NCBI GenBank assembly: GCA_963714015.1 | Contig: OY970223.1 | Span: 1,888,001-1,952,000, forward strand | Direction: 5' to 3' | Length of the DNA: 64,000 bases | Origin: Vulcanimicrobiota bacterium | GTDB lineage: Bacteria; Vulcanimicrobiota; Vulcanimicrobiia; Vulcanimicrobiales; Vulcanimicrobiaceae | Part shown: in pieces, positions 51,429-60,752 of the stretch | Numbering within the stretch: position 1 is the stretch's first letter | Layout of the letters: each line of letters begins with the position of its first letter | Notes under the pieces: model-generated | Database searches by the model: none | The model's input: only the letters and a program-made list of their open reading frames with translations | Told to the model about the DNA's origin: nothing | Program-made: the position numbers and the translations under genes

Positions 51429-51902
51429 GTGGCAGCCGCCTACGTCGCGGCGTTGCGGCTGCTCGCCCAACGGAGGCTGACCGAGGCCCAACTTTGGCAG
51501 AGGCTCGAGCGCCGTGAATATTCCGCCGACGAGATCGGCATCGTCGTCCAGCGCTGCAAACGCGAAGGCTATCTGGACGATCGGCTCTATGCGCAGCTCT
51601 ACGTCGAGCAAAAGCGAAAATCGGTCGGCGACGCGCGTTTGATCGGCGAGCTGATCCGCAAGGGCATCGAGCGTGATGCGGCCCGCGCGGCGGTGCAGAA
51701 CGGATCGACCAAGGAGTCCGAGCGCCTCGACGAGGCGCTCGAGAAACTCTTCCGCGCGAAGCCCGGCCTCAGCTATCCGTCCGCGGCGCGCGCGCTGGAG
51801 CGGTTAGGTTTTCCGGCCTCGCTCATCTATCGCAAGCTGCGCGATCATGCGGCGCAGTTCGGGCCGTTCGCCGATATGGCCGAGGTGCTCTCGAGCGCAT
51901 AG
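51429..51902 (+). CDS. recX: Regulatory protein RecX
   Basis: [23 protein letters not shown]; follows recA. Confidence 0.88.
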   Translation: MAAAYVAALRLLAQRRLTEAQLWQRLERREYSADEIGIVVQRCKREGYLDDRLYAQLYVEQKRKSVGDARLIGELIRKGIERDAARAAVQNGSTKESERLDEALEKLFRAKPGLSYPSAARALERLGFPASLIYRKLRDHAAQFGPFADMAEVLSSA

Positions 51903-53056
51903 GTCAGGTCGCCGATGAGATCCGGCGCATCTTCGATGCCTACGGAGAGTCTGAGCAGATCGTCGGTCACGCCGAGCGTTACGCGTTCCTGCGCCGTCAG
52001 CGGTCCATGCGTCATTACCGCCGGGCTGCAGATCAGCGACTCGACGCCGCCGAGCGAGGTGGCCAAGTTGAAGATCTTCGTGACTCGCGCGACGGCGTGC
52101 GCGCGCTCCTTGCCGCCGCGAGGCCGGAACGAGACGATCCCGCCGAAGCCGGTCATCTGACGCTTCGCGAGCTCGTGCTGCGGATGAAGCGGCAGGCCCG
52201 GATAATACACTTGCGCGACATCTTGCCGGCCGCTAAGAAAATCGGCAATTTCGAAGGCGTTGCTTTCGTGCGCGCGCATGCGCAGCGCGAGCGTCTTCGC
52301 GCCGCGCAGCGTCAGATAAGCATCCCACGGACCGGGCACGGCGCCGACGGCATTCTGATGAAATTTGATCTGCGCGTGGATCTCCGCGTCGTCGGTAATG
52401 ACGGCTCCGCCAATCACATCGCTGTGTCCGCACAAATACTTGGTCGTCGAGTGCATGACGACGTCGGCGCCGAGCGCGATGGGCCGCTGAAAGTACGGCG
52501 AGGCGAAGGTGTTGTCGACGGCGAGCTTGCATCCCGGCGCCTTGAGCGCGCAGAGTGCAGCGATGTCGACGATCTTCAGGACTGGATTGGTGGGGGTTTC
52601 AATCCAAAAAAGCCGGGTGTTCGGCTGAATAGCGGCTCGAACCGCCTGCAAATCGCACATATCCGCGAACGTCGTCGTAATCCCGTAGCGCGGCAGAACC
52701 TGCGTGAGGAGACGATGCGTTCCGCCGTAGATGTCGAGCGTGGCGACGATGTGATCGCCGGCGCGGAGAAGTGCGGCGATACCGGCGGCGGCGGCCATGC
52801 CCGATCCAAAGGCGGCGGCAAACTGCGCGCCCTCAAGATCGGCAAGCTGCGCCTCTAGCGCACTCCGGGTCGGATTCGCCGTTCGCGAGTAGTCGTAGCC
52901 CTTGGTGACTCCGACGTCCGGCAGCGTGAAGGTGGCCGTCTGATAGACCGGGACGATGGTGGCGCCGGTGGCGCTGCACGGATCCTGTCCCGCGCGAATT
53001 GCGCGCGTCGAGAATCCGCGAGTCGCTCCGGAGCGGCCAAATGACTGATTCGGCAT
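51845..53056 (-). CDS. Cystathionine gamma-synthase / gamma-lyase family PLP enzyme
   Basis: [45 protein letters not shown]; MetB vs. MetC/CGL not resolvable by eye. Confidence 0.92.
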   Translation of the reverse strand: MPNQSFGRSGATRGFSTRAIRAGQDPCSATGATIVPVYQTATFTLPDVGVTKGYDYSRTANPTRSALEAQLADLEGAQFAAAFGSGMAAAAGIAALLRAGDHIVATLDIYGGTHRLLTQVLPRYGITTTFADMCDLQAVRAAIQPNTRLFWIETPTNPVLKIVDIAALCALKAPGCKLAVDNTFASPYFQRPIALGADVVMHSTTKYLCGHSDVIGGAVITDDAEIHAQIKFHQNAVGAVPGPWDAYLTLRGAKTLALRMRAHESNAFEIADFLSGRQDVAQVYYPGLPLHPQHELAKRQMTGFGGIVSFRPRGGKERAHAVARVTKIFNLATSLGGVESLICSPAVMTHGPLTAQERVTLGVTDDLLRLSVGIEDAPDLIGDLTYALESTSAISANGPNCAA

Positions 53057-53077
53057 GAGTTGCACTCCGTAAATGAC

Positions 53078-53218
53078 GACGGCCCCTCACTGCTTTAGTG
53101 AGAGGCCGTTGAACGCTTATCTGTTGCGGGGGGAAGCTTAAGCGAAAGACGACCTCTGCCGGCGCATCTCTGCGCGGCACATCATCGAACGCACCATCTC
53201 GCTCCGTCCGGTCAACAT
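53078..53218 (-). promoter_or_regulatory. Met-rich leader peptide (53138..53218) with alternative hairpins; putative attenuator
   Basis: MLTGRSEMVRSMMCRAEMRRQRSSFA*; downstream 13-bp hairpin whose 5' arm can alternatively pair with AGAGGUCGU inside the leader ORF. Confidence 0.65.
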
Positions 53219-53251
53219 TGGGGCCAACCTACCATACCCGGCCGTAAAGTG

Positions 53252-55238
53252 TCAATGCATATATGTTTCCACCCACCGTAAGATGTCCGAGTAATACCGG
53301 TCGATTTGCACCGGCCGGCTCGGCGAATGATGGGCACCCGGCAGCCCGACGAAACGAACCGGAACGTGACGATCGGCCAGGTCGTGATACAGCTCGAACG
53401 ACTCGCTGATGGGCACCGTCTGGTCCGCCGTCCCGGAAAGGATCAACGTCGGCGTGGTGATTTGGTTTGCGTACGTAATCGGCGATCCGCTTACGTACAG
53501 CGGGGCCACCGCCGGATCGGTCGGCGTTCCTCCGAGCGAATCGCGAGTCCATGCGAGGTTGCCGGCCGCGGAAAGATCGTACTCCTCGCGCCAGTCGATC
53601 GCGCCGTCTGCGACGACCGCACAGCGCCAGATATGTTCGTGTCCGACGAGCCACGTCGTCATGTAACCGCCGTATGAATGGCCGACGACGGCTATGCGCG
53701 CGGTGTCTACGGCGCCGGTTTTCTCGAGTGCGGCAATACCCGACATGACGTCGCTTCCGGGTCCCACGCCCGGATCGGCGAAGATCGCGTGTTCGTGCTC
53801 GTTCCCTAAGTCGTCGCTGCCGCGATAGTTCGGTTCGAACACGATGTATCCGGCGGCCGTCAAGCCGTAACGCAGACGCCCGATTTCCTGATCGCCGAAC
53901 GTCTGCTGCGACTGTGCCTCGGGTCCGCCGTGACTATAGACGACCATCGGATACCGGTGGCCGGGCTGATAGCCGACCGGATACGTCACGATGCCGTCCG
54001 AGCGTTCACCGTCCGGAGCGGTCCACTGCAGCACGCTGCTTCGTCCGTACGTATAGTGCAAGAATGCGGAATTCAGCGAGGTAAGCTTTACCGGCAGAAC
54101 ACCGGGCGTCGCCATGTAGTACAGACTCTTTCGGTGTCGACGCATTGCTGCCGACGAAGGCAATGGCGCCGGACCGGCCCACGTCAAACTCCGCGACGGA
54201 GACGTTGCCGAGATCGATCCGCTTCGCGTTTCCGTTGACGGGCTGCTGCCAAAGTCCGACGGTCGTGCGATCGTCCGCCATGGCGATCAAACTTTTTCCG
54301 TCCGGCATCCATTGAGCTTGCAGGACGTCGCGATCCAGCCGTCCGCTGACGTCGTTGTCGCCGTTGAAGACGTTCATGACGCTGACCGGTCCGGGACCGT
54401 GCGGATAGATATACTGCACTTGCGGGCCGGCCGGCGAGAACTGCGGCTGATATTCGTATTTCGGGTGGTTGGTGAGCATGCGCACTGCGCCGGTGCGCAC
54501 GTCTGCGATTGCGATGCGCGTGCGGTCCGAATCGCTCTCGTCGGCGTCGGCTTGCTGCGCGAACGCAATCGATCTTTCGTCTCGCGACCACGACGGATCG
54601 CTCGGAGCGCCGACGAAGGGCGGCGCCGCCTCGAGCACGCTCCACGTACCCTCGGTCAAGCGTCGCGCGTTTCCACCGCCGGACGAAACGATCCACAAGT
54701 GCGAGGGCTGCGGCGGTCCGTCGGTCAGATAGCCGTCGTCGTGGATGTCGAACAGGTCGTCGTGGCGCTTCTGGGCGGCCGCGTTCATCGGATCGTCCTC
54801 GGTCACGTAAACGAACGTCTTGCCGTCCGGACTGAGCGCATATTGCTCGACGCCGTTCTTGGCGTTCGAAATTTGACGAGGCGCTCCGCCCGAAGATCGG
54901 ACAGTGAAGATCTGGTCCTGCTTGTTGCGCCCTTGCGCGACGTATGTGACGCCGTCGCCGGTCGGAGTCCATTTCGGCGACGAAATATCGGTCGACGGCT
55001 TCGTCAGCGAATGCATCGCGCCGGTTGCGACGTCGATGACTTCCAGCGTCGTAAGATGCTTGTCGGCGGAGAGATTCGTAACGGTCTTCAAGAACGCGAC
55101 GCGTCTGCCGTCCGGAGATACGGCTGGCGCCGAAATGCCGATCAGCGCGTTGAACGCCGGCATCGTTATCGGTTTGGCTGCGGCGGCCATCGGCAGAAGG
55201 GCAGGCAGCACAGCAAGTGCGAGGATGCGGTTCTTCAT
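53252..55238 (-). CDS. S9 family (acylaminoacyl/dipeptidyl) peptidase, secreted (frameshift near 54132)
   Basis: Signal peptide, beta-propeller SPDG repeats, HGGP, NYRGS, GHSYGG, D..VP, GAHH. Confidence 0.9.
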
Positions 55239-55346
55239 GCCGCGATTATTGCACTTTACCGAACGGACCTACTGCCATGGAGGCCGATTGCCGAGCCTTT
55301 AGAGCTCGGTGTCCGGCGAGCGGCATACAGGGGCACTAGAGCCGGT

Positions 55347-56036
55347 ATGCCGGCCCTGAAAATCTTGATTGCGGAGGACGACCCCGCGATACGCGAACTG
55401 CTCACGCATCATCTCGAGCGTGAAGCGTTCGACGTGCTTGCCGTGGGCGACGGAAATGCAGCCCTTCGTGCCGCACGCGCAGTCGCGGACGTGGTGATTT
55501 TGGACGTCGGCTTGCCGGCAGTGGACGGTTTCGAAGTGGCTCGGGCGCTGCGACGCGAGAAGTGCGAGATCCCGATCATCATGCTGACGGCGCGGGCGGA
55601 GGAGATCGATCGCGTCGTGGGATTCGAGCTCGGCGCCGACGATTACATCGTCAAACCGTTTTCGCCCCGCGAAGTCGTCGCGCGCGTGAAAGCACTGATG
55701 CGCCGCGTCGGTCAAGCCGACGATCGTCCGCCGTCGCTTCTCACGTTCGGGCGCTTGGAGATCGACGAAGCCGCGCGCGAGGTGCGCGTGGACGGAACGA
55801 ACATCAAACTGAAGCCGCGCGAATTCGGACTGCTGTTGGCGCTTGCCGGCAATCCCGGCGTCGCGCTCTCGCGCCGCACGCTCGTCGAAAAAGTCTGGGG
55901 CTTCGACTTCGAGGGCGACGAGCGAACGGTCGACGTGCACATCCGCCGGGTCCGCTCGAAAATCGAAGAGGAATGCAACTTGCCGCGCATGCTCCACACG
56001 GTGCATGGATTCGGCTATAAATTCGCGCGTTCGTAA
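55347..56036 (+). CDS. OmpR/PhoB-family response regulator
   Basis: AEDD, LDVGLP, MLTA, GADDYIVKPF, RTVDVHIRR, TVHGFGY. Confidence 0.94.
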   Translation: MPALKILIAEDDPAIRELLTHHLEREAFDVLAVGDGNAALRAARAVADVVILDVGLPAVDGFEVARALRREKCEIPIIMLTARAEEIDRVVGFELGADDYIVKPFSPREVVARVKALMRRVGQADDRPPSLLTFGRLEIDEAAREVRVDGTNIKLKPREFGLLLALAGNPGVALSRRTLVEKVWGFDFEGDERTVDVHIRRVRSKIEEECNLPRMLHTVHGFGYKFARS

Positions 56037-56040
56037 GAGC

Positions 56041-57181
56041 GTGAGAAGAAGCACCAAGGCGCTAGGTCTTCACGCGCTGCGCGCGCCGCTCGGCGCCGCG
56101 GTTACGGCCGCGCCGGTCCCACTGCTCGCGCTGCGCTTACCTGAATTCGAGCGTATCGCGTGGCGCGACGGCAAGCCCGCGGCAAAAAGACTCGAGCAGC
56201 AGATCGCGCGTACGTTCGTCAACGCTTCAGCGCGGTTGCTGCGTGCCGGAGATTTGATCGGGCACGATCCGGGCAGCGACGTCTTCGTCATTGCAATGGC
56301 AGCGCCGGCCCGCGGGCGTCCCGCGCCCTCGCCCGCCGATTGCCGCATGGTGCTGGAGCGCGTTGCAGCAGCGCTGTCGTCAAGAGACGTCCGCGTGGAA
56401 AGCGGGTGGACCGTTCTGCAGCATTTTGACGCCGGCACGCCGGTAGAGGCGTGCGTTGCTCGCGCTCTCGAACGCGGCGCGCGCGAGCGCGAACGCTACG
56501 AATTTTTCGCGGCGATCGGACATGAACTGCGCACTCCGCTCACGCTCTATTCGAGGATATCTGGAGACGCTCATCGAGAGTGAGGTCGACCCGGTCACGG
56601 CGCGTCGTTTTCTGCAGACCGCCCAGCGGGAAGCGCTGCGAATGGGACGTTTACTCGAGGGCATGTTCGAGTTTTCGCTGCTGGATCTCTCGGCGGGCGC
56701 GCTGCTCGGCCGGACTTGCGACATTGCGGCGCAGATGGAGTCGGCATGCGAGATCGTTCGCCCGCTCGCGAAGTCCCGCCGGGTCCATCTGCGTGTCGAA
56801 TTGTGCGAGGCGGCCGAAGTGCTGATCGACCCGGATGCCGCTCTCCAGCTGCTCGTCAATTTAATGGATAACGCCGTCAAGCACGGACGCGAGGATGGTG
56901 TGGTGCGAGTTGCGGCCCTTGCAACTGAAGCCGAGGTCCGTGTGCTGGTGGACGACGACGGTCCCGGCGTCACGCCTGCGGAACGCGAATCGATCTTCGG
57001 CTTGCGCGTGCGGGGTTCGCAAGCTTCGGCGCGCCCGGGGACCGGCATCGGCCTTGCCATCGTAAAGATGATAGCCGAGAGCGCCGGGGGCCGCGTGTGC
57101 GTTGCGGAGTCGCCTCTCGGCGGCGCGCGCTTTGAGGCTTGGCTGCCTCGGCGAGCGGAATCGGAAGCGCGCGCGTCGTAG
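56041..57181 (+). CDS. Cytoplasmic histidine kinase with degenerate GGDEF-like N-terminal domain (frameshift near 56545)
   Basis: HELRTPLT-SIRGY, NLMDNAVKH, DDDGPG, GTGIGL; no TM segment. Confidence 0.85.
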
Positions 57182-57191
57182 ACTTACGCCC

Positions 57192-57515
57192 GTGGAAACA
57201 CGGTTCGCGCATCGCAGCGAAGCTGAATTCGCCGGTCTTCTGGACTTTTATCAGGTCGAATGGGTTTACGAACCTTGCAGTTTTCCAATTGTGCGCGACG
57301 AGCACGGCAAGGCTCGCGAGTGGTTCACTCCCGATTTCTATCTGCCGCAGTTCGACCTCTTCATCGAAATGACGGTGCAGAGTCCGCGCCTGCAATCCCG
57401 TAAGAACCGCAAAATGCGGTTGCTGCGGGAAGCATTTCCCGACGTTGCGATCAAACTCTTTACGCGCCGCGACGTCGAGCGCGTGTTCTCCGGCAGATTG
57501 AGCCGCGCTTCGTGA
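57192..57515 (+). CDS. Small PD-(D/E)xK-like fold protein
   Basis: SEAEFA..LD..W.YEP, FTPDFYLP..DLFIEMT. Confidence 0.6.
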   Translation: METRFAHRSEAEFAGLLDFYQVEWVYEPCSFPIVRDEHGKAREWFTPDFYLPQFDLFIEMTVQSPRLQSRKNRKMRLLREAFPDVAIKLFTRRDVERVFSGRLSRAS

Positions 57516-57525
57516 GCGGCGCTGA

Positions 57526-58050
57526 GTGCTAGCCGAAAGGCTGTTCGACGAGGCGGCGATTCAGGCACGAGTGCGCGAGATCGGCGAATCGATCGCGCGC
57601 GATTACGCCGGCAAAAGGCCGATGATCGTGGGTGTGCTTACCAGCGCAGCCGTTTTCGTAGCCGATCTCACTCGCGCGATAGAAATTCCGTGCGAATTCG
57701 ACTTCATCGCGCTCTCGCGTTACGAAGGTGAGGCGCAGGCGGGACAGAGCATCGCCTTCGTCAAGGACACGTCGGCATCGGTCGAGGGGCGCCATGTCGT
57801 TCTCGTCGAGGACACTATCGACACGGGCCTGACCTTGCAGTATATTGCGAAGACACTGCGCGCACGTCAGCCGGCCTCGCTGGAGGTCTGCACGCTCTTG
57901 GACCGGCCGCACCGCCGAATTGCGAGAATCGAGCCCAAATACCGGGGCTTTCAGATTCCCGACGTTTTCGTCGTTGGGTACGGGCTCGATTATCTTGGAC
58001 GTTACCGGGAGTTACCCGAACTGTACGCGCACGGGAGTTGGCCCCAGTGA
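57526..58050 (+). CDS. hpt: Hypoxanthine phosphoribosyltransferase
   Basis: VVLVEDTIDTGLTL, FVVGYGLDY..YRELP. Confidence 0.9.
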   Translation: MLAERLFDEAAIQARVREIGESIARDYAGKRPMIVGVLTSAAVFVADLTRAIEIPCEFDFIALSRYEGEAQAGQSIAFVKDTSASVEGRHVVLVEDTIDTGLTLQYIAKTLRARQPASLEVCTLLDRPHRRIARIEPKYRGFQIPDVFVVGYGLDYLGRYRELPELYAHGSWPQ

Positions 58051-59350
58051 GAAGGTTCTTCGCCGCGGTTTTCGCGCTCACATTGGTCTTGCCGCAAGCT
58101 TCTTCGGCACTGGACTTGCAGTCGATTCAGCGCGCGGCGCAAGACTATCAGAATCCCAACGTGCACCTGCAGGAGATGTATCGGGCGGCGCTGCTCGATA
58201 CGACGAAACTTGCGCAAGAAGCGCCCGACGGCACGGCGTACGTGGCTACCGGCGACATTCCGGCGGAGTGGCTTCGGGACTCGAGCGCGCAGGTTCGTCC
58301 CTACCTTTATTATGCCAGGACAGGATCCCACGATCCGGCAGCTGCTTCGCGGCATCATCGCGCGCCAAGCGAAGTATCTCCAGATCGATCCGTACGCGAA
58401 CGCCTTCACGCTCGACTATCGCGTCTGGGAGCAGAAGTTCGAACTCGACTCGCTGGCCTACCCGGTGACCTTGGCATGGAGCTGACTGGCATCAGACCGG
58501 CGACGCGTCGATCTTCACGGTCGACGAACAGAAAGCGTACGACGCAATCCTTGCGACGATGGAACGCGAACAAGACCACCCGCGCAATTCCACCTATACG
58601 CACAAAGAGCTCGCCGACGGCGGTAAAGGGCGGCCCGTCGCCTTCACCGGGATGATTTGGACCGGCTTTCGTCCTTCCGACGACGCGTGCTATTACAACT
58701 ATTTGATCCCTTCCGAGATGTTCGCCGTCGTCGCGTTGGGCGACATGGCGCAGATCGAGAGACAGGTCTATCACAACCTGATAAAAGCCCACGAAGCGCA
58801 GTCGCTGCGCGACGAGGTGCAGCGCGGAATTCAGCGTTACGGAATGGTACCGATCAAAAAGTACGGTTACATTTACGCGTATGAAGTGGACGGCCTTGGA
58901 CACGCGCAATTGACGGACGACGCGAATGTTCCAAGCCTGCTCTCGGCGCCGTATATCGGTTACACGACGGTGAACGATCGCTACTATCTGAACACGCGAG
59001 CCTTCCTGCTCTCGCAGGACAACCCGTCGTATTATTCCGGCGACGTCGCACGCGGAATCGGCAGCTACCACACGCCGGATCACTGGGTCTGGCCGCTCGC
59101 CCTCGTGATCGAAGGACTGACTGCCTCGTCGCAAGCCGAGAAGCAAGACGTGCTCAACCAGCTGCTCGCAAGCGATCCCGGCGATCATCTGCTGCACGAA
59201 TCGTTCGATCCGAACGACCCCAAGCGCTATACGCGCGAAGATTTCGGCTGGCCGAACGCGCTCTTCAGCGAATTCGTCATGACATCGTTTCAGGGTATAA
59301 GCCAGATTCCGATGGGAGACTCGTCCGATCTCCAATTCATGAATGAGTGA
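58047..59350 (+). CDS. GH125 exo-alpha-mannosidase-like glycoside hydrolase, secreted (frameshifts near 58320 and 58483)
   Basis: TGDIPAEWLRDSSAQ, DPYANAF, KFELDSL, FRPSDDAC, YAYEVDG, DDANVPSLL, HESF, FGWPNALF spread over three frames. Confidence 0.85.
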
Positions 59351-60587
59351 CTCTTCAACCGATGATGGCGGCACAGGCGGCACTGCCGACATCATCGTGG
59401 GCATTCAGTGGGGCGATGAGGGCAAGGGGCGGGTCGTCGATTACTATGCCGGCGACTATGACGTCGTCGCGCGTTTCGGCGGCGGCGATAACGCCGGACA
59501 TTCCATACGCGTCGGCGATCGCAAACTTGCGCTGCGTATCGTACCTTCAGGCGTGCTGCAAGAGCGCTGCGAACTCTTCATCGGCGGCGGAACCGTCGTC
59601 AGCCTGGAAGGGCTCATTGCGGAAATCGAATCCCTGCAAGCTGCCGGCGTCGACCTGAAACGTCTGCGCATTTCCGATCGCGCGCAGGTGGTCTTTCCGT
59701 ATCACGCCGAGCAAGACCGTGCTTCGGAGGCTGCGCGCGGCGCACATGCGATAGGTACGACCGGCCGCGGAATCGGACCGGCTTACGTCGACAAAGCGGC
59801 GCGCATGGGCATCACGTTCGGCGATCTGCTGCGCAAAGACGCATTAGCGGACAAACTCCGGCTCAAAGGCGCGGAAGATCTCGTTGCCCCGACGCTCGAA
59901 GCGGCCGCACGGATCGCTTCGCACATCGTCGACGGCGTGGAGTATCTCCATGGCGCACTCCAAAACGGAAAGCGCGTGCTCATCGAGGGCGCGCAGGGAT
60001 CGCTGCTCGACGTCGGTTACGGCACGTATCCGTACGTTACCAGCTCTCACACCATCGCCGGCGGCGCATGCATCGGGCTTGGGCTTGGACCGACCGCGGT
60101 CGGACGAGTCGTTGGCGTGGTGAAGGCGTACTGCACGCGCGTCGGAGGCGGCCCCTTCCCATCCGAACTCCTCGACGAGACGGGCGAACGGCTGCGCGTC
60201 CAGGGAGGCGAGTTCGGAGTCGTAACCGGCCGGCCGCGGCGCTGCGGCTGGTTCGACGCCGTCGCCGCGCGGTATGCAACGCGCATCAACGGGCTGACTT
60301 CGGCCGTGGTCACGAAATTGGACGTGCTCGCGGGGTTCGAGCGCATCGGAATCGTAACGGGATATCGCTTGCACGATAAGCAGGCGACCTTCGCCGATGC
60401 GATTCAACCCGGCCTCACGGTAGACGTGGAGTACGCGGAAGGCTGGGCGGAAGATCTGAGCGACATTCGCCGGATCGCCGATTTACCAGCGGCGGCACGC
60501 GCCTACTTGGAGCGCATCCAAGCGGTCCTTGCGGTGCCCATCGAGTGCGTCTCTTTGGGGCCCGAACGCTCTCAACTCGCCCGTTAA
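59343..60587 (+). CDS. purA: Adenylosuccinate synthetase
   Basis: QWGDEGKG, NAGH, IGTTGRGIGPAY, EGAQG, GTYPYVTSS, TGRPRRCGWFD. Confidence 0.97.
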   Translation: MSDSSTDDGGTGGTADIIVGIQWGDEGKGRVVDYYAGDYDVVARFGGGDNAGHSIRVGDRKLALRIVPSGVLQERCELFIGGGTVVSLEGLIAEIESLQAAGVDLKRLRISDRAQVVFPYHAEQDRASEAARGAHAIGTTGRGIGPAYVDKAARMGITFGDLLRKDALADKLRLKGAEDLVAPTLEAAARIASHIVDGVEYLHGALQNGKRVLIEGAQGSLLDVGYGTYPYVTSSHTIAGGACIGLGLGPTAVGRVVGVVKAYCTRVGGGPFPSELLDETGERLRVQGGEFGVVTGRPRRCGWFDAVAARYATRINGLTSAVVTKLDVLAGFERIGIVTGYRLHDKQATFADAIQPGLTVDVEYAEGWAEDLSDIRRIADLPAAARAYLERIQAVLAVPIECVSLGPERSQLAR

Positions 60588-60613
60588 GTTTTGCATACCC
60601 CGAAATGTCTGCG

Positions 60614-60640
60614 TAAAGCGCTCTGCTTAACGTCCGATAC
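60614..60640 (+). promoter_or_regulatory. Candidate sigma-28 promoter upstream of fliF
   Basis: TAAA-N15-TCCGATAC against the consensus TAAA-N15-GCCGATAA. Confidence 0.5.
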
Positions 60641-60752
60641 TAGGTTAAGAAGTCGAGGCAATCCGGCATTGGGATTGCTTTGATACGCCGCCGGGCACGG
60701 ATGCCGGGTGCGCAGGCCATGGTCGGCCGCGTTGAGAGTTTAGGTGAACTAG

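Noticed and set aside
53066..53240. SAM riboswitch or T-box upstream of the trans-sulfuration gene
   Set aside because: No AUC-AGA...GAU S-box core or T-box GGUGG-ACC sequence was seen; the leader-peptide model fits better.
54312..56036. 574-aa response regulator fusion
   Set aside because: The N-terminal part is antisense to the S9 peptidase; the REC domain starts at ATG 55347.
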